Below, in pieces: positions 1 through 8,925 of a stretch of 64,000 nt of DNA. Source of the stretch: Candidatus Izemoplasmatales bacterium (lineage in GTDB: Bacteria > Bacillota_I > Bacilli_A > Izemoplasmatales > Hujiaoplasmataceae). Numbering within the stretch: the first letter of the stretch is position 1; each line of letters opens with the position of its first letter. Both the position numbers and the translations under genes were made by a program. The notes under the pieces are model-generated. The model did not search any database. It had not been told where the DNA came from and was given only the letters and a program-made list of their open reading frames with translations. The DNA is taken from NCBI GenBank assembly GCA_050177605.1, contig JBFXGX010000002.1:1-64000 (forward strand). Reading direction: 5' to 3'.

Positions 1-34
1 AATGAATAAAGTTATCGCTGTCAAGAAAAAAACA

Positions 35-63
35 TTGACAGCGGTATTTTTTTTTGATATAAT
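35..63 (+). promoter_or_regulatory. sigma-A promoter of rpsP-khpA
   Basis: TTGACA 35-40, 17-nt spacer, TG-n-TATAAT 58-63. Confidence 0.8.
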
Positions 64-97
64 ATACACGATTTTTGATAAACAGGAGGAAACGAAC

Positions 98-367
98 ATG
101 GTGAAAATTAGATTACAAAGATTTGGAACAACAAAACGCCCATTCTATCGTATTGTCGCTGCTGAGGCTACGAAAAGAAGAGATGGTAGATATTTAGAAA
201 TCATTGGACAATATGATCCAACGAGAGAACCAGCATTTGTCCAAATTAACAACGAGTTAGCACTTAAATGGCTTTCTAATGGCGCACAACCTACAGACAC
301 AGTTAAAAGTTTATTCACTAAAGCTGGCATTAACGCTGCTTTCTTAGCATCAAAGAAAAATAAGTAG
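98..367 (+). CDS. rpsP: 30S ribosomal protein S16
   Basis: [34 protein letters not shown] places start at ATG 98, not the ORF-track start at 2. Confidence 0.97.
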   Translation: MVKIRLQRFGTTKRPFYRIVAAEATKRRDGRYLEIIGQYDPTREPAFVQINNELALKWLSNGAQPTDTVKSLFTKAGINAAFLASKKNK

Positions 368-378
368 GTCTTTTTAAA

Positions 379-630
379 ATGGCTGTTAATTTTGAAAAGT
401 TAGTCCTTGATTTAGTAACTCCACTCGTCATTCATCCAGAAGATTTATTGGTGAAGAAATTCTCTGAAGATGAAGAATCAATCACGATTCAAGTGTTGGT
501 TAATAAAGAGGACTTAGGAAGAGTTATTGGTAAAGGCGGCAAAATTGCAAACGCAATCAGAACCATTTCCTATGCAGCAGCATCAAGAATTGGAAAAAGA
601 ATCAATATTGATATCGACTCATTCGAATAA
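379..630 (+). CDS. khpA: KH-domain RNA-binding protein KhpA/YlqC
   Basis: DLGRVIGKGGK KH motif; canonical position after rpsP. Confidence 0.92.
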   Translation: MAVNFEKLVLDLVTPLVIHPEDLLVKKFSEDEESITIQVLVNKEDLGRVIGKGGKIANAIRTISYAAASRIGKRINIDIDSFE

Positions 631-650
631 GTAAGAAAGTTGGGGGTACT

Positions 651-1088
651 ATGGATCATGTTATTGCAGTCAGTGCCTGTCTACTCGGGTACAACTGTAA
701 ATACAATGGTGGAAACAATTTAAATCCTAAATTGATGAAACTTTTACAAGGCAAAAAAATCATACCTATTTGTCCTGAACAACTAGGTGGACTTTCTACA
801 CCACGAATTCCTTCGGAAATCATGAGTGATGGTGAGACAGTATATGATCAAGCCGGCCATGACACCACCCTCTTTTTCGAAAGAGGAAAGCAAGCAACCT
901 ATATGATTCTTGAACAACACAAATGCCACCAAGTCATCCTTAAAGATGGGTCTCCATCTTGTGGATACAAGACGATTTACGATGGGTCATTTACTGGACG
1001 TAAAATCCCGGGTGAAGGAATCACTTGCAAGTACTTAAGAGAAAAAGGAATTGAAATCTTAGAAGTTACAGAAGAAGGAGAGCTGTAG
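651..1088 (+). CDS. DUF523 / 2-thiouracil desulfidase (TudS/YbbK-like) Fe-S protein
   Basis: SACLLG, CPEQLGGL.TPR, SPSCG motifs. Confidence 0.85.
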   Translation: MDHVIAVSACLLGYNCKYNGGNNLNPKLMKLLQGKKIIPICPEQLGGLSTPRIPSEIMSDGETVYDQAGHDTTLFFERGKQATYMILEQHKCHQVILKDGSPSCGYKTIYDGSFTGRKIPGEGITCKYLREKGIEILEVTEEGEL

Positions 1089-1103
1089 TGCTCCCTTTTT
1101 TTT
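1075..1103 (+). terminator. intrinsic terminator
   Basis: AAGGAGAGC..GCTCCCTT hairpin followed by T run. Confidence 0.6.
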
Positions 1104-1153
1104 GTGAGATGTGTTACAATGTAGTAGTAAAAATTTAAAGAAAAGAGTAAATT

Positions 1154-2770
1154 ATGGAATTAAAACAAGAGATTCAAAAAGCAATAGAAGAGATGGGTTT
1201 CGTCGAATTCACTGAAATTCAAAAAGGAACCATTCCCCTACTTCTTGGTGGGAAAGATGTCATCGGACATTCTCATACAGGAACTGGAAAAACCGCAGCG
1301 TTTGGGATACCTATTTTAGAGAAAGTTGATTTCTCATTAAATCAGGTTCAAGCGCTTATTTTAGCACCTACACGTGAACTAGCTGTTCAAATTCATGATG
1401 AAATGATGAGAATGGCCAAATATATCGACAATTGTAAAATCGTTACCGTGTTTGGTGGAGATCCAATCACAAGACAAATCTATCAATTAAAACAAAAACC
1501 TCAAATTATTGTTGGTACACCTGGTAGAACAATAGACCATATGACAAGAAAAACGATTCGTTTTGATAATGTAAAGTTTATGGTACTTGATGAAGCAGAT
1601 GAAATGTTAAAAATGGGCTTCCAAGAAGACATTGAAACGATATTTCAAGCACTACCAGTAGAAAGACAAAACTTAATGTTTTCCGCAACAATGCCAAAAC
1701 CAATCTTACAACTTGCGAAAAGTTATATGATTGAACCAGAGATTGTTAGAGTGATTGGTGAAGAAACAACGAACACTGATGTTGTTCAATATTACTATAA
1801 AGTTCGTAAAGAAAATAAAACGGAAGCATTATACCGTCTTATCAATATTTACCATCCAAAATTATCACTTGTCTTTTGTAACACGAAAGTTCAAGTTGAT
1901 GAATTAACTCAAGAACTGATTGAACGTGGTATTAATTGTGATAAAATCCATGGAGATTTACCGCAAACCACGAGACTTGACGTCTTAAAAAAATTCCATA
2001 ATGGGATTATTGAAGTTTTAGTCGCAACCGATGTTGCTGCACGTGGACTTGATATTAAAGCAGTTGAAGCCGTATTTAATTATGATGTTCCTGAAAAAGC
2101 AGATTACTATGTTCACCGTATCGGTAGAACAGGACGTATCGGAAATATCGGGTATTCTTTCACACTCGTTTCGAAAGGTGAAATGAAACAAGTGGAAGAA
2201 ATTGAACGAATTACGAAAACGAAGATTAAGAAAAGAAACATTCCAACTTACGATAAAGTTCAAGATGTTAAAAACGATAAATTAATTGAAGAAATTATTT
2301 ATATTTTTGAAAACAATTCCTTTGATGAAGAATATGAAATTCTAAATAAAGCAATTGGTCAAAAATTATCGGAAGATCAAATTATTGTTGCTCTTTTAAA
2401 GAAAATCAAAAGAGAAAACAATGCTGAAATCAATGATAAAGACATCAATGAAGAATTCGAACTTCGTGATAGAAAAAGATCTTTCAACCAATCAAATAAT
2501 GATGCGAAAGATACTCGTTTCCACCTTAATTTAGGGAAAAATGATGATTTAACAGTTTCTGACATTTTAGATTATATTCGCACGAAGGTTCGTATTGAAT
2601 CGAAAGAAATCCAAGATATTGCAATCTTAACTGAATTTTCTTTCTTTACAGTACCTTCAAAGTTCGCTGATGAGATCATGTCAAAATGTAATAATTCAAA
2701 ATTAAAAGGGAAAAAAGCTTCATTACAAATATCTAGAAAACCTCGAAAACCAACCAATTACCGCAGATAA
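1154..2770 (+). CDS. DEAD-box RNA helicase (CshA/DeaD-like) with C-terminal DbpA-type RNA-binding domain
   Basis: TGTGKT, PTRELA, DEAD, SAT, ARGLD, HRIGRTGR. Confidence 0.95.
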   Translation: MELKQEIQKAIEEMGFVEFTEIQKGTIPLLLGGKDVIGHSHTGTGKTAAFGIPILEKVDFSLNQVQALILAPTRELAVQIHDEMMRMAKYIDNCKIVTVFGGDPITRQIYQLKQKPQIIVGTPGRTIDHMTRKTIRFDNVKFMVLDEADEMLKMGFQEDIETIFQALPVERQNLMFSATMPKPILQLAKSYMIEPEIVRVIGEETTNTDVVQYYYKVRKENKTEALYRLINIYHPKLSLVFCNTKVQVDELTQELIERGINCDKIHGDLPQTTRLDVLKKFHNGIIEVLVATDVAARGLDIKAVEAVFNYDVPEKADYYVHRIGRTGRIGNIGYSFTLVSKGEMKQVEEIERITKTKIKKRNIPTYDKVQDVKNDKLIEEIIYIFENNSFDEEYEILNKAIGQKLSEDQIIVALLKKIKRENNAEINDKDINEEFELRDRKRSFNQSNNDAKDTRFHLNLGKNDDLTVSDILDYIRTKVRIESKEIQDIAILTEFSFFTVPSKFADEIMSKCNNSKLKGKKASLQISRKPRKPTNYRR

Positions 2771-2786
2771 TTAATTCTTCCTCTTC

Positions 2787-2814
2787 TTGACAAATCTACT
2801 TTTACTTATATAAT
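2787..2814 (+). promoter_or_regulatory. sigma-A promoter
   Basis: TTGACA 2787-2792, 16-nt spacer, TATAAT 2809-2814. Confidence 0.65.
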
Positions 2815-2846
2815 GAAATCATAGGTTATTTAAGGGAGAAAAAAAG

Positions 2847-3701
2847 ATGAAAAAATTAGGCGTACTCGTATGTACGAATTCGGCACTAGATTACATTCCT
2901 CATGATTATGATATTCGTATCATTCGATCCACTATTTTAATGGGTGGAAAAGAATATGTTGATTATGAAGAATTAACCGCATCAAAATATTATGAGATGT
3001 TAGAAGAAGATCCATCTCTATTCCCTCGTACTGCGATGGCTTCAACAGGAACAATGTTGGAAGCATATGAAAAATTAAGAGATGAAGGATGCGATGAAGC
3101 AATTTTCATTACGATATCCTCGAAGATGAGTGGTATATACGAAAATGCTATGATTGCGAAAAATATGGTTGAAGGGATTAAAGTAACCGTATTTGATTCA
3201 AAAACAGTTGGGTACTTACAATGTAAGATGGCATTTCTTGCTCATGACATGGCAAAAGAGGGTGCTTCGATGGATGAAATCATCGAAGAACTATCTTATA
3301 TTCGCGACAATAATCATATTTATTTTGCTGTCAATGATTTAAAATATCTTGTTAAAAACGGTCGACTTTCAAACGCCGCAGGATTTGTCGCAGATGTATT
3401 AAAAATTAAACCTTTGCTCGAGATAGATAAATCTGGGGCAGTTGTTTCCATAGAAAAAATAAGAACTTTCCATAAAGCAGTTGATCGTGTTCTTGAAAAG
3501 TTTCTAGAAGAAACAAAAGGCAAAAAAGTAGAAGCTTTCATCATTCATGCGAATAATCCTGAAATGGTAGATTATTTAAGAAAAAGAGTATTAGAAGAAC
3601 GTGAAGACATTAAAGAAGTCAAAGATTATTTATTAACGCCTGCTGTGGGTGCTCATTCTGGTCCTAAGGCGATTACAATAGGATATTTGCTCTTAAAATA
3701 G
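2847..3701 (+). CDS. DegV family fatty-acid-binding protein (FakB-like)
   Basis: ISSKMSG, FDSKTV, LVKNGRLS, LKIKPLL, GAHSGP. Confidence 0.92.
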   Translation: MKKLGVLVCTNSALDYIPHDYDIRIIRSTILMGGKEYVDYEELTASKYYEMLEEDPSLFPRTAMASTGTMLEAYEKLRDEGCDEAIFITISSKMSGIYENAMIAKNMVEGIKVTVFDSKTVGYLQCKMAFLAHDMAKEGASMDEIIEELSYIRDNNHIYFAVNDLKYLVKNGRLSNAAGFVADVLKIKPLLEIDKSGAVVSIEKIRTFHKAVDRVLEKFLEETKGKKVEAFIIHANNPEMVDYLRKRVLEEREDIKEVKDYLLTPAVGAHSGPKAITIGYLLLK

Positions 3702-3710
3702 AGGTGTTTT

Positions 3711-4043
3711 ATGATTCATAGTGATGTTATTAGAGGACATATCGATACGATTATCTTAAAATTATTGTTTGAAAAAGATATGTATGGATATGAAATCGCG
3801 AATGAAATAACCGAGAGAACAAAAAACAAGTTTAATATAAAAGAGGCGACACTTTATAGTGTCGTTACTCGTTTAGAATCGAAAGAGTTGATTACTTCTT
3901 ATATGGGGGAAAAGACGCATGGAGGAAAAAGACGATATTATCGACTGACGCCACTTGGAAAAGCATATTACAAAGAAATGCTTGATGAATGGGCTTTACT
4001 TCGTGAAATTATGAGCAATATGTTAGGAAGTGACGATTTATGA
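3711..4043 (+). CDS. PadR family transcriptional regulator
   Basis: YGYEI, EATLYS..RLE, RRYYRLT.LG. Confidence 0.92.
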   Translation: MIHSDVIRGHIDTIILKLLFEKDMYGYEIANEITERTKNKFNIKEATLYSVVTRLESKELITSYMGEKTHGGKRRYYRLTPLGKAYYKEMLDEWALLREIMSNMLGSDDL

Positions 4044-4459
4044 ACAGTATAAAACACTTTGTGTCAAAACTCTTGAAAGATTATTTTAACGATCAAGATA
4101 AGAAAGAACTTATTGAAATTCTGACAAGATCTCTAGAAGAAAAAGTGGAAGATTTGGTTGAACAAGGTTCTACCAAAGAAGAAGCGATTAAAAAATCGAT
4201 GATGGAATTTGGAAGTACAGAAGATATTTTAAATGCATTTCCAGAAAAAAAATCGAAAGAACAATCCATGATAAGAAGAAGAAAAAGTCAATTTTTCTTC
4301 GCCCTCTTTGGCTACCTACTGATTGTCGGACTTGCAATCTTCTTTAATTTTACCTTCTTCGATTTCTTCGGTGGAATGTATTGGTTCGTGGTTGTTACGA
4401 TCGCTGTTTTCTTTTGGCCACTTGTGATGTTATACCGTTATTTACTGAGTAAAAGATAG
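4040..4459 (+). CDS. PadR-associated membrane protein (permease-prefix/HAAS-like N-terminus, 2 TM)
   Basis: EEAIKKSMMEFGS motif, two hydrophobic helices, ATGA overlap with PadR gene. Confidence 0.65.
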   Translation: MNSIKHFVSKLLKDYFNDQDKKELIEILTRSLEEKVEDLVEQGSTKEEAIKKSMMEFGSTEDILNAFPEKKSKEQSMIRRRKSQFFFALFGYLLIVGLAIFFNFTFFDFFGGMYWFVVVTIAVFFWPLVMLYRYLLSKR

Positions 4460-4474
4460 GAAAGTAGTGATACC

Positions 4475-4987
4475 TTGAATCTTCGAAAAACCATTTTTAT
4501 AGGAATCTTGATTTCAATTAGCATTGTTTTATCGATCTTAGAATCAATGATTTCTGTTTCGCTTTTTATCATTCCCGGTGTCAAACTTGGGCTGGCCAAT
4601 ATCATCACGTTAATTGTGCTTTACATTTATGGAGAAAAAGAAGCTTTGATTGTTGTTGTAATTCGCATCCTGCTTGTAGCCTTAATTTCTCCAGTATCGA
4701 CAATCATTAGTTTCTCACTAAGTATTAGTGGAGGATTCTTTGCGATTATTACGATGATTCTTCTTCGTAAAATCAAAACGTTATCCATCATTTCTGTTTC
4801 AGTGATGGGATCCTTGATGCATATGGTTGGGCAAATTCTTTTAGCTATATTTTTACTCGACACGCCAACGCTCATTTTTTATCTACCCTATATGATTCTG
4901 TTATCGATTCCTACAGGAATATTTACAGGATATGTTGGAAAGAAAATGGTGTATATCTTCAACCATCAACTCTCCAAATTAAAGTAA
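4475..4987 (+). CDS. Gx transporter family (heptaprenyl diphosphate synthase component I-like) membrane protein
   Basis: PGVKLGLAN, HMVGQ motifs; multi-TM. Confidence 0.85.
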   Translation: MNLRKTIFIGILISISIVLSILESMISVSLFIIPGVKLGLANIITLIVLYIYGEKEALIVVVIRILLVALISPVSTIISFSLSISGGFFAIITMILLRKIKTLSIISVSVMGSLMHMVGQILLAIFLLDTPTLIFYLPYMILLSIPTGIFTGYVGKKMVYIFNHQLSKLK

Positions 4988-4991
4988 AATA

Positions 4992-5022
4992 AAAGCAACT
5001 CTGCTCGAGTTGCTATTTTTTT
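4992..5022. terminator. bidirectional terminator
   Basis: AGCAACTC/GAGTTGCT stem with A and T runs between convergent genes. Confidence 0.75.
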
Positions 5023-6167
5023 TAGTTGTTAGGCCACTGATATAGGTAATTCTCAAAACATAAACTATATTCAATTGATCCATCTTGTAAATACCAAATG
5101 GCTTCAAGGCCATCCGTACTATTTACGAATGCTTGTCCTTCTTCCACGGTCATTAAAAAGATTGCGGTAGAAAAGATATCAGCAAGTCCACCATCTTCAT
5201 AAAATATGGTAACACTCATCGCTTCTCCTCCAGGATAGTTTGTTCTTGGATCAATAATATGATGATAGACGACGCCATCTTCGCCAACAAAATAACGTTG
5301 ATAGTTTCCACTTGTAACGACTGCGACATCATTTGGGATTTTCAAGTAAACAAAATAGGAAGTATTCAGTGAAAAGCCGATTTCTGGTTTTGTTAAAGCT
5401 ACATAATAATAGCCATCCCCATTGTTTGGATTCGTACCACCCGTTTTGATGTTGGAATTACCCACATTGAGTAAATACTTAATATTGAGAGAGTCATAAT
5501 AATCGCTTAAAATTTCGCTTACATACCCTTTTCCATATCCACCTAAATCGATACTCATTCCATCTTCTAAGAACGTTAAGGACAAATCTTCACTATTTAA
5601 GCTTACATTTGATGGATTTGTTGGAAAAGAGATGCCATCAATCAATTCACTTGGGACAGGACACACATTATAAGCAAGGGATACAGTCGTATCACAACTT
5701 TCACTTTCTCTGGCGTTATGCCATATCTTGAGCACAGGGTCTAGTGCAATATTGAATAACGAAACATGATCCACTTGAACGATATCTTCGTTTTCTAAAC
5801 CAAACTGAATAACATCGAATAATTCTTGACTAAGATAAGAAGTTTCATCATTTGCTTGATTGATCGAGTAGACATTTGTTATTCCTTCATAGGGATGATA
5901 TTTGTCTAAATATTGATGATAGGTTGATAAAATATTCTCTGTATAGGCATAGATATCATCCACATCATACGTATCTGCTTTGGTCACATAGAGTTTTAGT
6001 AACACTGTAGTATCAAAATAAGAAGTGTAGGTCACTTGACAAACATAAACATCCTCCGTAGCGCCAAGGTCGCAAATGTCAGGATTTGGATTTTCAAACG
6101 AAGTTGTACATCCACTTAACAAAAAGACCAAAAGAAGCGTTAATGGAAGGATTAATAATTTTTTCAT
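5022..6167 (-). CDS. apbE: ApbE/FmnB FAD:protein FMN transferase lipoprotein
   Basis: Lipobox LLSGC; IDLGGYGKGY, TSGNYQRY, HHIIDPRT, AD..STA. Confidence 0.92.
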   Translation of the reverse strand: MKKLLILPLTLLLVFLLSGCTTSFENPNPDICDLGATEDVYVCQVTYTSYFDTTVLLKLYVTKADTYDVDDIYAYTENILSTYHQYLDKYHPYEGITNVYSINQANDETSYLSQELFDVIQFGLENEDIVQVDHVSLFNIALDPVLKIWHNARESESCDTTVSLAYNVCPVPSELIDGISFPTNPSNVSLNSEDLSLTFLEDGMSIDLGGYGKGYVSEILSDYYDSLNIKYLLNVGNSNIKTGGTNPNNGDGYYYVALTKPEIGFSLNTSYFVYLKIPNDVAVVTSGNYQRYFVGEDGVVYHHIIDPRTNYPGGEAMSVTIFYEDGGLADIFSTAIFLMTVEEGQAFVNSTDGLEAIWYLQDGSIEYSLCFENYLYQWPNN

Positions 6168-6286
6168 TGTTCTCACCTTGCTATATTATATCAAAAACAG
6201 AAATGATTTCAAAATGATATCTGTGTGATGATTCTAGATTTTTTTATCTAGATAAGATATAATATGGATGAAACGAGGGTTCACCC

Positions 6287-6787
6287 ATGAAGAAAAACGA
6301 TATCTATCTCATCATCATCTTATTTATGGTCGGCATTCTTTCCTTAATTGGAATCAAACTCTACGAGAATTACTCCGCTACAGGCAATGTTTATGCCAAA
6401 GTCTTCTATCAAGATGAACTAATATTAATGATTGACCTCCAAAATGATGAATATACCGTCTACAATACACCATTTAAGGACATGATTGATACAGGGAGAA
6501 GTAGTGAAGGAATATTCTATGTACCGGGAACAGTGACGACCGACATGTCTGCTTTATATGAAGTTGATGAATACGCGAAAAATAATCAAATTATCGGGAT
6601 TAAGTTACAGGTACTAGATGGGGCGATTGCGGTCGTTTATCAAGAAAGTCCAAAGGATGTTTGTGAACTTCAAGGCTACACCAGTTCAAGTCTTCAACCT
6701 TTGGTTTGTTTACCCAATGAACTAGTCGTTGATATCTATACGAATTTAGAAAGCGATCAGTTTATCCCTGACGCCATATTGGAGTGA
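6287..6787 (+). CDS. NusG domain II-like (DUF1312) membrane-anchored protein
   Basis: MKKND start plus TM; P..VC...G...VCLPNELVV motif. Confidence 0.75.
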   Translation: MKKNDIYLIIILFMVGILSLIGIKLYENYSATGNVYAKVFYQDELILMIDLQNDEYTVYNTPFKDMIDTGRSSEGIFYVPGTVTTDMSALYEVDEYAKNNQIIGIKLQVLDGAIAVVYQESPKDVCELQGYTSSSLQPLVCLPNELVVDIYTNLESDQFIPDAILE

Positions 6788-6791
6788 TTTT

Positions 6792-7013
6792 ATGAGTTTA
6801 AATCAAATGTTTTTTATCGTTCGCATTATTCTTACAGTTGTATCCACATTGTTTATCTTTAATGCGGTTCAACGAATTGATTTACAGAAGATTTTTAAGC
6901 AGGGTAGCGGAAATGAAATACGCTTGTTAATGATGGTTTCTTCTTTTATACTTGGGTATTTATTTACCGATGCGATTGTCTCTTTGTTTATCGAACTATT
7001 TTCATATCTATAA
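6792..7013 (+). CDS. small 2-TM membrane protein (DUF1146/YwzB-like)
   Basis: 73 aa, two TM, KIFK..IRLL..ILGY pattern. Confidence 0.6.
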   Translation: MSLNQMFFIVRIILTVVSTLFIFNAVQRIDLQKIFKQGSGNEIRLLMMVSSFILGYLFTDAIVSLFIELFSYL

Positions 7014-7048
7014 AAAAAGAATGACGATCTACTCAGGTCGTCATTTTT
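7014..7048. terminator. bidirectional terminator
   Basis: AATGACGATCT/AGGTCGTCATT stem flanked by A/T runs. Confidence 0.75.
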
Positions 7049-7668
7049 TATTCATAGATTTCGATTACTTCATGATTCTCTATAGTAGGCTCTGAATGAA
7101 TCTTTTCCGTGATGGATGTAACAAGCTCTGGATATTGATCCGTCGCTATTTTGATTTTTAGATGAATTTCATCACTGTAAGAAGCACTTAAGACACTTGT
7201 TCGATCGTTTAAGATAGGCTCTATTTGATGATGTTCTTTATAACCAATCGTTAAATCAAAGATGGTATACGATAATTTATAACTATATTCCGCATCGACG
7301 AGTAAACTTGATATTGATTTTGTATAAGCTCTCACAAGTCCAGATGCGCCAAGGAGCTTTCCACCAAAGTATCTGATTGTGATGGCTAAAACATTCGTCA
7401 AATCATTTTTCTTTAAAACTTCTAGCATTGGAATTCCAGCAGTTTTTTGAGGTTCTCCATCATCACTAGCCTTTTGCGATTCTTGGTTGTCCCCCACAAT
7501 ATAGGCATAACAATAATGTGTTGCATTTGGATACTGAGATTTTATTTCTGTTAAGTTTTCCAGCGCTTCCTCTACCGTTTGAATAGGAATTACTATACCG
7601 ATAAACCTTGACATATCAAGGATTATTTCGCCTTGGTATGGTTTCTTCAGTGAACGCATATTCATCAC
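7048..7668 (-). CDS. YigZ/IMPACT family protein
   Basis: SRFIG, ATHYCYAY, SDDGEP..TAG.PM, RYFGG.LLG..GL.RAY. Confidence 0.93.
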   Translation of the reverse strand: MMNMRSLKKPYQGEIILDMSRFIGIVIPIQTVEEALENLTEIKSQYPNATHYCYAYIVGDNQESQKASDDGEPQKTAGIPMLEVLKKNDLTNVLAITIRYFGGKLLGASGLVRAYTKSISSLLVDAEYSYKLSYTIFDLTIGYKEHHQIEPILNDRTSVLSASYSDEIHLKIKIATDQYPELVTSITEKIHSEPTIENHEVIEIYE

Positions 7669-7747
7669 CCAACTTATTATATCATGATTTGCTTTTTATG
7701 TACTACAAGTAACCAATATTATGTTATAATATGAGAGGTGATTTAAT

Positions 7748-8917
7748 GTGATGAATCGATTAGAATTAGGAAAAGAAGTGATTTTAAAACTTCACGAACA
7801 AGGGTATCTTGCGTATTTTGTTGGTGGCTTTGTGAGAGATTTTCTCCTTGGCATTCCAAGCGATGATATCGATATTACCACAAGTTGTCGTCCTGAAAAT
7901 GTATTAAGTTTATTTGAAGGTAGTAAGGCTACAGGAATTAAATATGGGACTGTCACTGTATTTCATAAGGGAGAATCCTTTGAGGTGACGACTTTTCGTA
8001 TGGATGGTCTCTATCAAAACCATCGACACCCTGAAGATGTCGAGTATAGCACGAAACTGGATGAAGACTTAGTGAGAAGAGACTTCACAATGAATGCTCT
8101 CGCGATGGATATTCACGGTGAGATTGTCGATTTATTCAATGGGCTAGATGATATGAGAAACCATCTGATTCGTGCTGTTGGAGATCCGGATCGCAGATTT
8201 AGTGAGGATGCATTAAGAATTCTTCGCGCATTCAGATTTGTATCAAAACTGGATTTTGTAATTGAAAAACATACAAAAAAGGCCATCTTTGATCAAAAAG
8301 AATTAATTCTTACGCTTGCCAATGAACGGATTATTCAAGAAATGACAAAAATCATCCGTTATCCTTATGTGAATCATGCATTTAAAAAAATGATTGATAT
8401 CGGAATTGATCAACTTTTACCTTCTCTCAGAGAAGGGATTCAGTTCCTTGTTTCAACCGATCAACAACTCCATGATAAATTAGAATTTTTTACACTTTGT
8501 TTCTATTTATCTCATGGGGAAGTAGATGAATCGTGGCGTTTTTCCAATAAGGAAAAACGATTGATGAGTGAAGCAATCAATTTGATGAGTGTAACCCAAG
8601 AGGATGAGTTTCAGTTACTTCATGTGTACACTTTTAAAAAAGAAGTATGTTTGCTCGCAAACAAACTGAATGTCATTCTCAATCCATCGAACAATCAAGA
8701 AGAAAGAATTCTATCGATCGATGCATCCTTACCCATTCGTAAGACATGTGATCTTGCCTTTAAAGGTGGAGATATTCTTGCACTGACTGATTTAAAAGAT
8801 GCCGAGATTATTGGTGATATCATCGATGACATCATTTATAAAGTTTTACATCAAGAATTACGTAACGACTATCAAGAATTAAAAGAATACACAATGAAAA
8901 CATATTTTAAAAAGTAG
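7748..8917 (+). CDS. cca: CCA tRNA nucleotidyltransferase
   Basis: VGGFVRD, DIDI, EVTTFR, RRDFTMNA, EDALRILR. Confidence 0.92.
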   Translation: MMNRLELGKEVILKLHEQGYLAYFVGGFVRDFLLGIPSDDIDITTSCRPENVLSLFEGSKATGIKYGTVTVFHKGESFEVTTFRMDGLYQNHRHPEDVEYSTKLDEDLVRRDFTMNALAMDIHGEIVDLFNGLDDMRNHLIRAVGDPDRRFSEDALRILRAFRFVSKLDFVIEKHTKKAIFDQKELILTLANERIIQEMTKIIRYPYVNHAFKKMIDIGIDQLLPSLREGIQFLVSTDQQLHDKLEFFTLCFYLSHGEVDESWRFSNKEKRLMSEAINLMSVTQEDEFQLLHVYTFKKEVCLLANKLNVILNPSNNQEERILSIDASLPIRKTCDLAFKGGDILALTDLKDAEIIGDIIDDIIYKVLHQELRNDYQELKEYTMKTYFKK

Positions 8918-8925
8918 GAAGAACG

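Noticed and set aside
2..97. N-terminal extension of rpsP in the ORF track
   Set aside because: The region contains the promoter and RBS; the true start is ATG 98.
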